From assembly GCA_009914755.4 (NCBI GenBank), contig CP086569.2, positions 15,264,001 to 15,328,000 on the forward strand: a stretch of 64,000 nt of DNA, given 5' to 3'. A program made the position numbers and the translations under genes. Below, piece after piece: positions 1-12,149 of the stretch. Numbering within the stretch: the first letter of the stretch is position 1; each line of letters opens with the position of its first letter. The notes below the pieces were generated by a model. It saw only the letters and a program-made list of their open reading frames with translations, was not told where the DNA came from and made no database searches. Origin of the DNA: the human T2T-CHM13v2.0 reference genome, Homo sapiens.

Positions 1-1479
1 TACTTGTGGATTAAGGTGGGTAGATACAAGGAGAGGATGTGAAGGAGGATTTGAATTGGGGGAAAATGTGGCAATGAGGTGTGGCTGTAGCCTAGGAATA
101 GTCAGGGAAGCCAATAATTTAGTTAAAATGTTTGACCTAATAAGGGAGCTGGGCAGGTGGGGATAACTAAGAAGGAGTGCATAAAAGAATATTGTCCAAG
201 TTTGCACCAGATTTGGGGAGTTTTAAGAGGTTTAGAAGCCTGTCCATCAATACTCACAACAGTTATGGAGACCAGGGAAACGTGCCCTTGAAAAGAAGGT
301 AATGTGAAGTGGGTAGTCTCTGTACTGATTAAGAAGGGTACAGACTTACCCTCCACTATGAGTGTTACCCAAAGCCTCTGTGATGGCCTCCCATACAGAT
401 GTGACACAGCTTAGGAGGAATCCCAGGCTGCAGGTATTCCTTGGCTCTGTGGACAGATTTCTGGCACTTGAAGCAAGATCCTGGGGTAGGAGTTCCTGGA
501 GGAACACTTGGCCACTGCAGTTCAGGCATTTGGAAGTTCTTGTGTGCTGAAGATGTGGCTGGGGTTTGTCTCACAGTGGAAACAAGGAATTGCAACTCAG
601 AAATATGTTGTTACTTGGCTGCCTCTACACTATTATTGTAAACCTTGAAGATGAGGCTAATTAAGTCCTGTTGTGGGGTTTGAGGGCTGGAATTTAATTT
701 TTGGAGTTTTATTTAATGTCAGGAGCTGACTGAGTAATAAAATGTATACTAAGAATAAGACAGTCTTTTGACCTTTTAGGGTCTAGGGCTGCAAAGTGTC
801 TCTGGGTTGCTGCCAAATGAGGCATGAACTGGGCTGGGTTTTTCTATTTGATGAAAAAGAGCCTAAATGCTAACTGATTTTGGAGAAGTCAGATAAAGAA
901 AAAGGAGCATTAACCTTGACTGTGCCTTTAGCTCCAGTCACCTTTTTAAGAGGAAAGTGCTAGTCATGTAGGGGAGAGCTAGTCGTGGAAAGAAACTGTG
1001 AGCCAGACTGGAACAAAACTGTAAGCCAGACAGGGTTTGAGGAGGGGAGGTGATAAAAGGATTATAGGGTGCATGAGCAGAGGCTGAGGAAGAATTGGGA
1101 CCTGGCTTGGCCTGGTGAGGAGCAGCCTGGGGAGGAGGGGAGAGGTCAGATGGGTCCATAGAAAGGAAGATTGGAAAGACTCAGTGACACTTGGGATTGG
1201 GACTGAGGGGACAGGCAGGAGGGAAAGAAGCAAGATTTGGGACTAGTTGCATTGGGAACAGAGACTAGGGAGGGACCAATGTGTGAAAGAATGCCTGGAC
1301 ATCAGGCACCTCAGACCATTTGCCCATTTTATGACAAGAACTCATTAGATCTTATAGGATGGAAAAATCAAGAGTGCCATTTTCTGGCTATTTGGAACCA
1401 CTATTGTGTTTGTATTGAGGTCAAGAGGCATTGCAGAAGAAAATAAGGCATTTAGGTTTTAGGTTAGGTGTGAGTTGAA

Positions 1480-2630
1480 GAGGTTTTAAATTGTTGAGAA
1501 TACAGTCTAAAGGAGAAGAAGGAGGAATGGAGGGTGGAAGTTTGCCCATAGTGAAGGAGGCAAGTCCAGAGAAAAAAGAGTATAGAGACATAGAGAGAAG
1601 GTGTGGGGGATACCTGCCCCCCAGGAAAGTGGAGAAGGGGTGGAGACAGGGAGAGAAGGGGCAGGAGGTGCTTGCCCCCTAGAAAAGTGGAAAAGGGATG
1701 GGTAGAGATGTGGAGAGAAGGGGTGAGTGAACAGCCCTGGGCTGCCTGTGGGTGTACATCCAAAGCAGGCATCCCCACAACTGACTTGCCACAAAAGGAA
1801 TGTGGTTAAATGACCAAGGCAGGCATCCCTGTGGTGATCAGACATCAATGAAATGTGGGTGAATAATCAGGCAGGTGTCCCCGCATGATTAAATACCTAG
1901 GGAAGACTGTCTTCCTAAGTCTGTGACCAGGGCCAGAGTTTTGGGTCCACAGAAAAAACACATCTCCTTTGTCTCTACCAGAAAAGGAAAGGAACTGAAA
2001 TTAAGGGAAGGGAGAGACTGAAGTGTGGCCCCAAGATTGAAATGGAAAGAGGTTGACGGATAGTGAGAGAGGTTGGAGAAGAGAGTAAAAAGAGGCCGTT
2101 AACCCGATTTAAAATTGGTGAGATATTCCTTGGGCTGGTTGATCTGAGGACCAGAGGTTGTATGTTGATCTTTCTCATGGAGAAAAGAGCAGGAGGACAG
2201 GGGATTGATCTCCCAAGGAATGTTACCCAGTCTGGGTCATGGCACCAGATGTCATGCACATCCGTGTGAAGAGACCACTAAACAGACTTTATGTGAGCAA
2301 CAAAGCTGTTTATTTCACCTGGGTGCAGGTGGGCTGAGTCTGAAAAGAGAGTCAGTGAAGGGAGATGGGGTGGGGTTGTTTTATAGGATTTGGGTAGGTA
2401 ATGAAAAATTACAGTCAAAGTGGGTAGTTCTCTGGTGGGCAGGGACAGGGGTCACGAGTTGCTCAGTAGGGGAGCTTCTGAGCCAGGAGAAGGAATTTCA
2501 CAAGGTAAAGTCATTAGTTAAGGCAGGAACAAGCCATTTTCACTTCTTTTGTGATTCTTCAGGCCGTCTGGATGAATACATGCAGGTCACAGAGGATATA
2601 ATGGCTTAGCTTGGGCTCAGAGGCCTGACA
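1480..2630 (-). mobile_element. HERV-H (ERV class I) 5' portion: LTR7-like 5' LTR plus His-like PBS plus repetitive leader; probably extends beyond window start
   Basis: The reverse complement of 2601-2630 reads tgtcaggcctctgagcccaagctaagccat..., the LTR7 5' terminus from memory. The reverse complement of 2230-2247 is tggtgccatgacccagac, a CpG-decayed tRNA-His PBS (tggtgccgtgactcggat). Downstream on the minus strand comes cttgggagatcaatcccctgtcctcctgctc..., which is the HERV-H leader. The 45-55 bp tandem repeats at 1490-1900 match the leader repeats. Confidence 0.75.
2250..2630 (-). repeat. LTR7-family LTR (5' LTR of the HERV-H element)
   Basis: Both termini match the LTR7 consensus ends from memory; the centre is divergent, suggesting a subfamily variant. 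It sits directly next to the His-like PBS. Confidence 0.7.
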
Positions 2631-5333
2631 CTAACAATGGTTACTTTACTTTTGAAATACTAGAGCCCTTTCCCCACTACTCTTTATGAACACAGAGATC
2701 ACCTGGAAAAAGTCTGTGCACTTAACCCTTTTACTAGATGACCTTGGGTGTAGGAGAAAAAAAGCTCCATGTCCTGGAGCAATCAATATTTGGAAAGTAA
2801 AATCACAGGAGAAATAGGGTGTCATACAAGTCGCTACTAATTTCCTTGACAAACACTTTTTTGAAGAGCAATGTTAACTATCTGAAATCACTGTTTTCTC
2901 CATCCCAGAAGACTTCTAGAGAGGGTTCCTTTCAAAATTGGAAGTCCGGGTTCTGGGAGTCCGGGTTCTAGTGGAATGCTGTCACCATGAGATCCTGTGA
3001 TGCACTAGCCCAGGAATGATGTCAATAGTCAAGCAGAGCCCTGTGCCTGTTCTCTTCCTGGCACAGAGGCACATCCAACTGAAGCAGTCCTCCCCAAATT
3101 GCATCCTGGGCTTTGGGAAAGCCTTTGTGAATGAGATCATTGAAGTGGATAGATGAAAATGAGGTTGTTCTGAAACTGGCAGGGCCTGCAAAGGATTCCT
3201 GGGGGGAATTCCTCTGCGAAGAAAACAAGGTAAGGTACCTAAAGCCCAATGAGAGCCCTCCTGCTTAATAATGAAAGACAGAAAGCTGCGCTTTCTTCAC
3301 CTCACCTCCCTTACTACCCCATAAAACAAAACTTGCCAGGATGCTTCAAAAGCCAAGTGGTGCAACAAGTCACTTTGCCAAATGTGGTCTTTGAAGTCAG
3401 GGGACTCACCTCCTGCAAATGCCATTCTGTGTCTGCTCATCCACACAGGAAACTTTGCAATGAGAATGTTTACACTAGCCCTCCATAAAGCACAGAGTTA
3501 CAACCCATCAGGAGGTATACAATCAGCAACCAGGATGCACTATCTGCTCTGGGCTTAGAGGCATGTCTCTGCATACCTGAGACAATGAATGTGGTGAAAG
3601 GGTTTTGATTTCCATCTTGCATGTGGAATCTCATTCCCTCTTAGACATAATGAGTAATGGGGTCATCTACACCTCCCTTGAAAAAAAATGTTCTGAGATC
3701 ACACTGTAGCTCCTCATCCTCTGGGAATCATTGATATCTGTTAGATATTATAGAAAGCAATAGAGTTGACAGTACCCCCTTCCCCTGTCCTCAAGCTAAG
3801 TGATAATATCTGGCACCCTGACAGGTGTCAAAATGCTTTGTTGATCTGACTTCTGGAATCCATTTAATCCCTAACTGGGCTTCCCACAATACCAGTGCTC
3901 TGACTTCAGTGAGATTTGTAATATACACCTGTCTCTGAGGATGGCTCAACTCCCCTGGCCCCCAAGGTATTCCAAGTATTCTATCTCTTCTAATTTCTCC
4001 TGAAATTCCTTAACTTCCATTACACATCCTGTAATTCAGCCTAGATGACCAGATTCAGATTTGCACCTGTCAATCAGCCTTTCATGTTCTTAATGGAGAG
4101 AATGGAAAACATTCCATTCTTACCAGACAATTCCTCTCCATGCCCCAGAGCTGGCAGAGCACCTAATTGTGATGCTGGATAAAGTGGGTCTCCAGGGGCA
4201 CTGGGCAGCTACAGTTTTGAGGACAAGACCCACACACAGCCAGTGGGCCTCAGGGCAAGGGCACTGTGGGGTGTAAGACTCTACCCAGTAAAATTAGAGC
4301 CTTCAAACCCATAACTCCTCCAATTTGAAACCTCCAATTGCCTCTGGAAGATACTGCTGCTTTCTTCTCTAAGAAAGCACCTTTTGTCTGGTGAGAGTAA
4401 TAATTGTGTGTGGGAAGTCCCTTACCACGTGGTGTTCAGACATTGGAGAAAGGGAAAGGGAGTCATCACTCTGACAGCCAGGAGAGATCTGTGAAGCTGA
4501 TGGAATTTCAGAGTGCAGGGTGTCCTTTTCATACAGTAGACCTGAGTGTGTGCTGCTCACATTCCAAAACAAAAGGACAGGGGAGGTGAGGACCTATATA
4601 GAGAGCCACTGCCTATATAAATCAGCTTTCCTTGCAAACCATAAAACCAAGGAACAATAGAGCTGTGAACCCTGGGAAGCATTTTGATTTTGTATTCTTT
4701 CACAGCTGTCTCATTAACAAATCAACATCTCCAGGAGAGCATATCTTAAATGTAAAGCGAACAGCTAATGTTCCTAAACTATCTCTTATTTTAAGGCCAT
4801 AGGAAACCTTTTATGGGGAGTATCTTCCCAAACTCCTGTACATGACAAAAGCTCTGGACAGAAGATAGAAAGACTGGGTCACCCTGGACCCCCTCAGTGA
4901 GGTGGTTGGGTTATGTTCTGTTGAGAAACCATGGAGTGATTACATGAAGAAAGCCTCTCCTCTTTACTGGTGTCAAGAAAAACATTAGATAAGAAATGGC
5001 AACTGGGGAAAAGAGGGGTGAATTGTTGTTTAATTTTTAACACACACTGCATAATCTATTAGTATGGTTGTTCCCTGCCACAGATGTTTCAAGCATTAAT
5101 TGAATAAAGGGGTGGTTTCACCAAGTTTGTCAAAGTGATTTGTTGTACTGTTTGGTGTTTGAAGAATCCTGGATATTTTATCTCCAAACAGAATGGTCCT
5201 TTGTGATTGGTGAGAATAGTTTGAGATTACATAGTCATGGAGCCTCAGAAGGACAAGTTTGTGTTTTTCAAATGATTAGATCCAATCTGTGGGTATTTGG
5301 TAGGTTGCCAATATGTTTCTTTAAATGTGTCAG

Positions 5334-5654
<321 letters not shown>

Positions 5655-6654
5655 AGTGCTCAGGCATCATTTCTAATTTAAGCAGGCAATTTCTTTGGAA
5701 AACCAAATTGTTATAAATAAAGTTTCAGTGCCTAAAAAGAAACAGCACTTGAATATAAAATTGTCTTTTTAATTCTCAGCAAGACAAGGTACTTCTATAG
5801 AAGGGTGTGCTCTCAATGATGGAGCAATGGTGGGCACACACCTGGACAAGAGAGGGGATGGGGTTCTTATCCATGACGCATGTGGCCCCTGCTGCTGTGT
5901 CATTCCCCTATTGTTTAGGGTTAGATCACACAGGCTAAACTAATTCCAACTGGCTAATTTAAAGACAATGATGGGGTAAGCACTTTGGTGGGAGTCAGGG
6001 CAGAGCAGGTAGCAGGTAATCAGAATGAGTTAGGGTGGAGCAGGTGATCAGAATGAGTCGGGGGGGGGGGTAGGTAAATGAAAAAGGTTGCTTTACAAGG
6101 AATTTAAGTTTCAAAGTAGAAGGCAAAGAATTGAACATACTGACATATTAATTATCTGAAGAGAAATTTAGAATTCATATTCAACAAAATGCAAAGGAAA
6201 CCACATAGAATCATATGGAAAAACTCCTACACCTAAAATATGCTTGTGTGAAAAGAAAAATATATATATTTTATGCTTTATGCTCCATTAAAAACCGCTG
6301 GATCCTTTCTCACTGTTAAATCTACCATTAGCTTAAAAAGTTAATCTGACATTATTAAAAACTAAGATGGTTAAAAATGAAACGGGTAGATAAAATACAT
6401 AGAACATATGGTTATCTACTTTAGAATTGTTAGGCAGGTTGCTAAGGAGCCCTTGTAGCAGGACTAGTGGGAATCCTTGAGATCATGACCCATATTGCCA
6501 GGCATAGTCCCCAATGCACAGGCATGGAGTCTTTAAAGTTAAAGTTTATTTAAAGAAAAACAATAATGGCAACAACTAAAATATGGTGAAAGCTATACAA
6601 TAAAAATATATAAGCAGAGGAAACAAAGTGCAATTTATAGACTTGAACTGATTC

Positions 6655-6930
6655 TGAAACAAAAGGAGAACAGGAGGAGGAGAACAAGAAAGAGAAGGAG
6701 GAGAAGAAAGGGGCAGGGGAGAGAAAGAGAAGAGATAGGAGGAGGAGAAGGTGGAAGAGGAAAGAGAGAAGGATGCAAAGGAGAAGGAAGGGAGGGAGAA
6801 GTGGAAGGAGGAGGAAGAGGAGGAGAAGGGAGAGGAAGACAGGAGAAGAAGAGAGGAGAAGAAAGGCGAAAGAGAGAAGGAAGAAGTGGGGTGAAAAGAG
6901 GAAGGAAATAGGAGAATAAAATAAAATAGA
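6655..6930. repeat. GA-rich polypurine tract (GGAGAA-like), left part, interrupted by Alu
   Basis: Long runs of gag/gaa/gga units. The Leu-rich (minus) and Arg/Lys-rich (plus) ORFs here are translation artefacts. Confidence 0.85.
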
Positions 6931-6931
6931 G

Positions 6932-7220
6932 GGCCCAGTGAAATTACTCACCCCTGTAATCCCAACACTTTGGGAGGCTGAGCTGGGTGGATCCATTGAG
7001 GCTAGAAGTTTGAGACCAGCCTGGGCAACATGATGAAACCCTGTCTACTAAAAATACAAAAATTAGCCTGATGTGATTGCTCACACCTCTAATCCCAGCT
7101 ACTCAGGAGCCTGAGGCAGGAGACATTTTTGACTCAGGAGGCAAAGTTTGCAGGGAGCCAAGGTTATGCCACCACACTCCAATCTGGCTGACAGAATGAG
7201 ACCCCATCTCAGAAAAAAAG
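6932..7220 (+). mobile_element. Alu SINE inserted within the GA-rich tract
   Basis: gggcccagtgaaattactcacccctgtaatcccaacactttgggaggctgag... then a poly-A tail; GA-rich sequence resumes at 7237. Confidence 0.85.
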
Positions 7221-7236
7221 AAACTGCAGGTCCTGC

Positions 7237-7372
7237 CATCCAGGAAGAGAAAGAAGAGGGTGAGGATAGGGAAGGTGAGAGAAGGAGGAGGAATAGAATG
7301 GGGAGAAGATGGAGGAAGAAAAGAAGGAGAACAAGGAGGAAGAGAAGGAGCATGGATAGGAAGAGGAAAAAG
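7237..7372. repeat. GA-rich polypurine tract, right part
   Basis: Same gaa/gga composition as 6655-6930. Confidence 0.8.
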
Positions 7373-7399
7373 ATGACTATCGAATGCACTAATTTTAGG

Positions 7400-7676
7400 T
7401 GGGGAGTAGTGGCTCATGCTTGTAATCCTAGCACTTTGGGAGGCCGAGGCAGGTGGGTAATTTGAGGTCAGGAGTTCAAGACCAACCTGGCACACATGGT
7501 GAAATCTTGCCTTTACTAAAAATACAAAAATTAACTTGTTGTAGTGGCACATGTCTGTAATCCCAGCTCTCAGGAGGCTGAGGCAGGAGAATCGCTTGAG
7601 ATTGGGGGTCAGAGGTTGCAGTGAGCACAGATTGAGCCACTGCACTCCATTCTGGGCAAAAGAGTGAGAAAAAAAC
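7400..7676 (+). mobile_element. Alu SINE
   Basis: ggggagtagtggctcatgcttgtaatcctagcactttgggaggccgaggcagg...; A tail. Confidence 0.9.
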
Positions 7677-8809
7677 CCACTAATTTTAGAACAATTGGGA
7701 ATATTTCAATGAGCACCGCATCACAGAAGATGATATTGAATCATTGTTATTTTTCATATGTGTGACAATGCTAAAGCAGAAGAAATTCCTCCTTTGAAAA
7801 CTCAGGCTGCAGGTGTGAGGGAAACTAAGAGTAAAATTGTCCAAACTTGAACAAACAGAAATCAAAAAATCTCAGCTAAAAGGGCCATAGGAAGAATGTC
7901 TAATGAGGGGCCATGCTGTTCTATCCCCAGGGCAGCAGGTAAGGATCAATAGGGTAGGGGAATCTTGAGGTCAGACAAGAAAGAGAAGCTCACAATGTGT
8001 GGAAGAGTTCAGCAGTGGATACACCAAATGGATAAAGACACCAGTACAAAAGCAGGACAGAAACAGGTGAGATGACCCATTTGTGGATCTATAAATAGTT
8101 CCAAACAGCTCTGTACCTCCTCAGGCAAGCAGGTGGAGGAACTGGGTGACAAGAAGTCTGTTATTAGATGAAACCATGAATTCAAGCAACTCCTGTTCCT
8201 GAAATGGAAATCTTGATGTCATGCAATGTAGCTTTTCTCAGGCTATGTATAAAAGCAACACCTGAGCATATAGGTTCCAATTAAAATTATGCAAATAAAA
8301 TGAACTCTCACAACACAAATTCATGAGGATTGCTGACTAGTTGCTATTCTGAGTGACTCTCTATGAGCAGGAACAATTCATGCCCTTATGGTATTACCAG
8401 GGAGTGGATCTAGTCCATTCCTCCATGAATTGACGCAATCCCTGAGCACTTACTTTGAAACCTATGGTTCTAGAAGACTCTGCAAAAATTGGCGGATAAA
8501 AGAAAGAATGTGAAGGCCCCATCAGCTGAGAACTTCAAATGAGGATATAGGAATGAGATGGACACACACAAAAAGATTCAAAGACAACAAATGTGAAATT
8601 TGAAGTAATATACTGAACACTGCAGATAAATATCTCTGAGTTATTATTTTGAAGACACTTTATAAAGACTATAATAGATAGTCTTTATTTGTTATAGACT
8701 TATACTACAGGTGTTCCTCTGTGAAGGAGAATGGATTCCATGTAATGATCCTTCATGGGGATAGAGAGTCTTAAGGTTAATCACACTGAGGGATTAAAAA
8801 CGTAGGACA

Positions 8810-9127
8810 GGCTGGGAGCAGTGGCTTATGTCTGTAATCCCAACACTTTGGGAAGCCAAGATGGCAGGATCACTAGAGCCCAGGAGTTTGAGACCAGCCT
8901 GTGCAACATCTACAAGACTCCCATATCTACAAGAAAAAAAAAAAAAAAAGAGCCAGACATGGTAGTGTGCATCTGTAGTCCCAGCTGCCCATGAAGCAGA
9001 GGTGGGAGGGTCACTTGGACTCAGATTAAGGCTGCAGTAAACTATGATCATACCACTGCACTCCTGCCTGGGTGACAGAGCAAGACCTTGTCTCAAAAAA
9101 AAAAAAAAAAAAAGAAAAGAAAAAAAG
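8810..9127 (+). mobile_element. Alu SINE
   Basis: ggctgggagcagtggcttatgtctgtaatcccaacactttgggaagcc...; middle A-rich linker; long A tail. Confidence 0.9.
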
Positions 9128-9380
9128 ACAGATGTTGCTGGATGAAAAGTGGGATTAGGTGGGTGGAAGTGAGGAAGCACAGGACATCTTTGGGGGAAAT
9201 CACAGGGAGCCCATGAGACAGAATCCAGAGCTGTAGAAGGGAAGTTAGCACAAACATTGGCCTAAGCCCTTCTCGTAAGGGGCTGCAATGTAAAATGAAA
9301 CCTTTCATACTACAAGAGACTCCAAGGACTCCTTATCCAGACCAATAAGGAGAAATCTAGCAGATTTGGAATCTTAAATT

Positions 9381-10010
9381 CCTTCTAAGAGGCAGAAAAT
9401 ATAAGACACAGACACAGCGGAGAAGACCATGTGCAGATGAAAGTAGAGACTCCAGTGATATAACCACAAGCCCAGGGATGCCTGGAGCCCCCAGGAGCTG
9501 GGAGAGGCAGGAAGCATCCTCCCTTAGCATCTCTGGAAAGAACTGGTTACAATTATAGTGAATGGAACAGCTGCCTCCAGAAAAGATAAATCCACATCAC
9601 AAAGCCCAGAACCTGGAATATGACCTTATTTAGAAAAACAGTCTTTACAGATTTGTAATTAAAGTCAGATCTGGAGATGAGATTATTCTGGCTTAGGATG
9701 GCCTTAATTGAATGACCAGTGTCCTTCTAAGGACAGAAGAGGAGACATGGAAACAGAAGACGATGCCATGTGGAACCAGAGGTGGAGACAAGTGACAAGG
9801 CCACAGCCTAGGGATGCCTGAAGCCCCCAGGAGCTAGGACACACAGGAAGGATCCTCCCCTGAAGCCTCCAAAGGCATGCCACCCTGTCCACACCTTGAT
9901 CTCAGACTCCCATTCTCCAGGACTTGGAAAGGATACAATTTTTATTATGCTAACCAACAAGTTTGTAGTAATTTCTTACAGCAGTCCTAGGAAACTAAAA
10001 CTAAGTACAG
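9381..10010 (+). mobile_element. MaLR LTR (MLT1-like) with internal ~150-bp tandem duplication
   Basis: ...gatgcctgaagcccccaggagctagg...caccttgatctcagact...cagcagtcctaggaaactaa matches the MLT1 3' half from memory. Segment 9400-9545 is repeated at 9720-9860. Confidence 0.6.
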
Positions 10011-10589
10011 ATTTGTGACACTATTGTGTTGATTTGCCTTTGCAGAGAAGTAGGTACTATCCAGGCAAGGGTTGAAACTGGCTGTAGACAGCTGGACTCA
10101 GAGCAGGAGAAAAGGCCAGGCTTTCCCTTGTCTCCTGGATGGACATGAGCTGTGGAAGTTGGCCAGTGACTGGCTGTAAAAAGGACAGGTTGGTGTGTTG
10201 ACCTGACAGACCTAATGCAAAGTCAAACAAAGCTTCAAAATCAATGCACCAGTTATTCCCAGCAAAATTCCATGAATGCATTGAAAATCTTCTATGTCTG
10301 TAATGTGGCTGACTCTGGCTGATGGGACTCTTTGCAAAGGGAGTATAAAATGTGTCTTGTGTTGCAAAACTTTTTAATATATCTTATCATTTGTGCCTTT
10401 CAAAAACCAAAGTGACTCTGCAGAGTTGGCCTGTCTCTACAATTTGGCTGAAAGACAGCCTACGGTACCCTTCCAAGAGGTTTTTCTTAGCTGATTGATT
10501 GGGAAGCATACAGGCACAGCCCCCTTCATGGAAGGAAGAGTCATTTTCTTCAATAAGTATATGACTGTGGCTGGCAGATTAAAGGGACA

Positions 10590-10965
10590 CTACAATGGAG
10601 TTATTTGGATTCTTAAAGTTACCCAAAAAAATAAGCAAAGAAAATTCAAATAACCCCATCAAACAGTGGTCAAATGCCATGAACAGACATTTCTCAAAAA
10701 AAGATATACAAATGGCCAATAAACATGATGCTCAACGTGCCAACAAACATGTTCAAAATGCCAACATGCAAATTAAAGCCACAATGAGATATCAACTTAC
10801 CCTGCAAGAAAGGCCACTGGGGGAGGGATAGCATTAGGAGATATACCTAATGCTAAATGACGAGTTAATGGGTGCAGCACACCAACATGGCAGATGTATA
10901 CATATGTAACAAACCTGCACGCTGTGCACATGTACCCTAAAACCTAAAGTATAATAATAATAATT
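10590..10965 (+). mobile_element. L1 (L1PA-like) 3' end fragment with internal deletion
   Basis: The 78-aa ORF at 10595-10831 (NPIKQWSNAMNRHFSKKDIQMANKH...IKATMRYQLT) resembles the ORF2p C-terminus. It is followed by gggagggatagcattaggagatatacctaatgctaaatgacgagttaatgggtgcagcacacc...aaagtataataa, the L1 3' UTR end. Confidence 0.85.
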
Positions 10966-11050
10966 TTTTATTAACTTAAAATATAATAATAATTATTATT
11001 TATTATTATTATTTATTATTAACTTAAAGTATAAAAATAATAATAAATTA

Positions 11051-11163
11051 TTATTATACTTTAGGTTTTAGGGTACATGTGCACAACGTGCAGGTTTGTT
11101 ATATATGTATACATCTGCCATGTTGGTGTGCTGCACCCATTAACTCGTCATTTAGCATTAGGG
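11051..11163 (-). mobile_element. Inverted copy of the L1 3' terminus (palindrome partner of 10845-10957)
   Basis: ttattatactttaggttttagggtacatgtgcacaacgtgcaggtttgtt...cattaactcgtcatttagcattagg is the reverse complement of the L1 3' UTR end. Confidence 0.85.
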
Positions 11164-11335
11164 GACTATTAATCATGCTGCTATAAAGACACATGCACAC
11201 GTGTGTTTATTGTGGCACTATTCACAATAGCAAAGACTTGGAACCAACCCAAATGTCTAACAATGATAGACTGGATTAAGAAAATGTGGCACATATACAC
11301 CATGGAATACTATGCAGTCATAAAAAATAATAAAA
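11164..11335 (+). mobile_element. L1PA-like ORF2 3' region fragment
   Basis: atcatgctgctataaagacacatgcacacgtgtgtttattgtggcactattcacaatagcaaagacttggaaccaacccaaatgtc...ccatggaatactatgcag. Confidence 0.8.
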
Positions 11336-11384
11336 TTTTTTAAAAAATCAATAAATAAAATAAAAAGTCAAAAAACAATAAATG

Positions 11385-12020
11385 TTGGTGTGGATATGGT
11401 GAAAAGGGAGTGCTTGTATACTGCTGCTGGGAATGTAAATTGGTATATGGAAAAGAGTTGGAGATTTCTCAGAAAACTAAAAGTAGACCTACTATTTGAT
11501 CCAGCAATCTGACTACTGAATATCTACCCAAAGGAAAAGAAGCCATTATATGAAAAGGACACCTAAATGCATGTTTATTACAGCAGAATTCACAAATGCA
11601 AGATATGGAATCAACCTAAGTGACCATCAACCAATGAGTAAATAAAGAAAATATGGTATATATACAGCATAGAATACTACTCAGCCATAAAAATGAATGA
11701 AATAATGTCTTTGTGATGGGGCTGGAAGCCATTATTTTAAGTGAAGTAACTCAGGAATGGAAAACCAAATACCATAGGTTCTCACTTATAAGTGAGAGCT
11801 AAACAATGAGTATGCAAAGGCATACAGAATGGTAAAATAGACACTGGAGACTCAGAATCTGGGAGGGTGGGAGGGATGTGGGGGATAAATAACTACATAT
11901 TGGGTACAATATACACTACTCAGGTGACAGGTGCACTAAAATCTCAGACCACACCACTATACAATTCAACCATGTAGGCAAAAAATATTTGTATCCCAAA
12001 AAGCTATTGAAATAAAAAAA
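11385..12020 (+). mobile_element. Older L1 (L1PB/L1MA-like) 3' end
   Basis: ggtgtggatatggtgaaaagggagtgcttgtatactgctgctgggaatgtaaattggtatat...caatctgactactgaatatctacccaaaggaa...ends with aaataaaaaaac. Confidence 0.75.
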
Positions 12021-12149
12021 CTATATATTTTAAAAAGTTGCTGCAACTATAATTGATGTGATGTTTACTTTTATGTGACCACTTGACTAGAAACTGGTGA
12101 CAAGTTGTTTGCCTGGACACATAGACTATGTCTTGTTGGGAAGGAACTC

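Noticed and set aside
1464-1848. Pro/Gly-rich ORFs with repeated PPRKVEKGW peptide and 45-55 bp tandem repeats; initially considered a minisatellite or repeat protein
   Set aside because: The repeats correspond to the repetitive leader of the HERV-H element, contiguous with the PBS and LTR7-like LTR at 2230-2630. This is retroelement non-coding sequence.
2205-2609. 134-aa plus-strand ORF
   Set aside because: It lies entirely within the LTR7-like LTR, read antisense, and has no protein homology. It is a chance ORF.
6550-7645. Long ORFs (148 aa, 180 aa, 105 aa) rich in Leu/Phe/Ser or Arg/Lys/Glu
   Set aside because: They are direct translations of the GA-rich purine repeat and adjacent Alu sequence on both strands. 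The low-complexity composition and exact overlap with the repeats make these ORFs artefacts rather than genes.
9400-9860. Direct repeat of ~150 bp; considered a CRISPR-like or novel tandem repeat
   Set aside because: The units are MLT1-type MaLR LTR sequence (…ccttgatctcagact…cctaggaaactaa). Such internal duplications are common in MaLR LTRs. There are no spacer-repeat regularities, and the context is eukaryotic.
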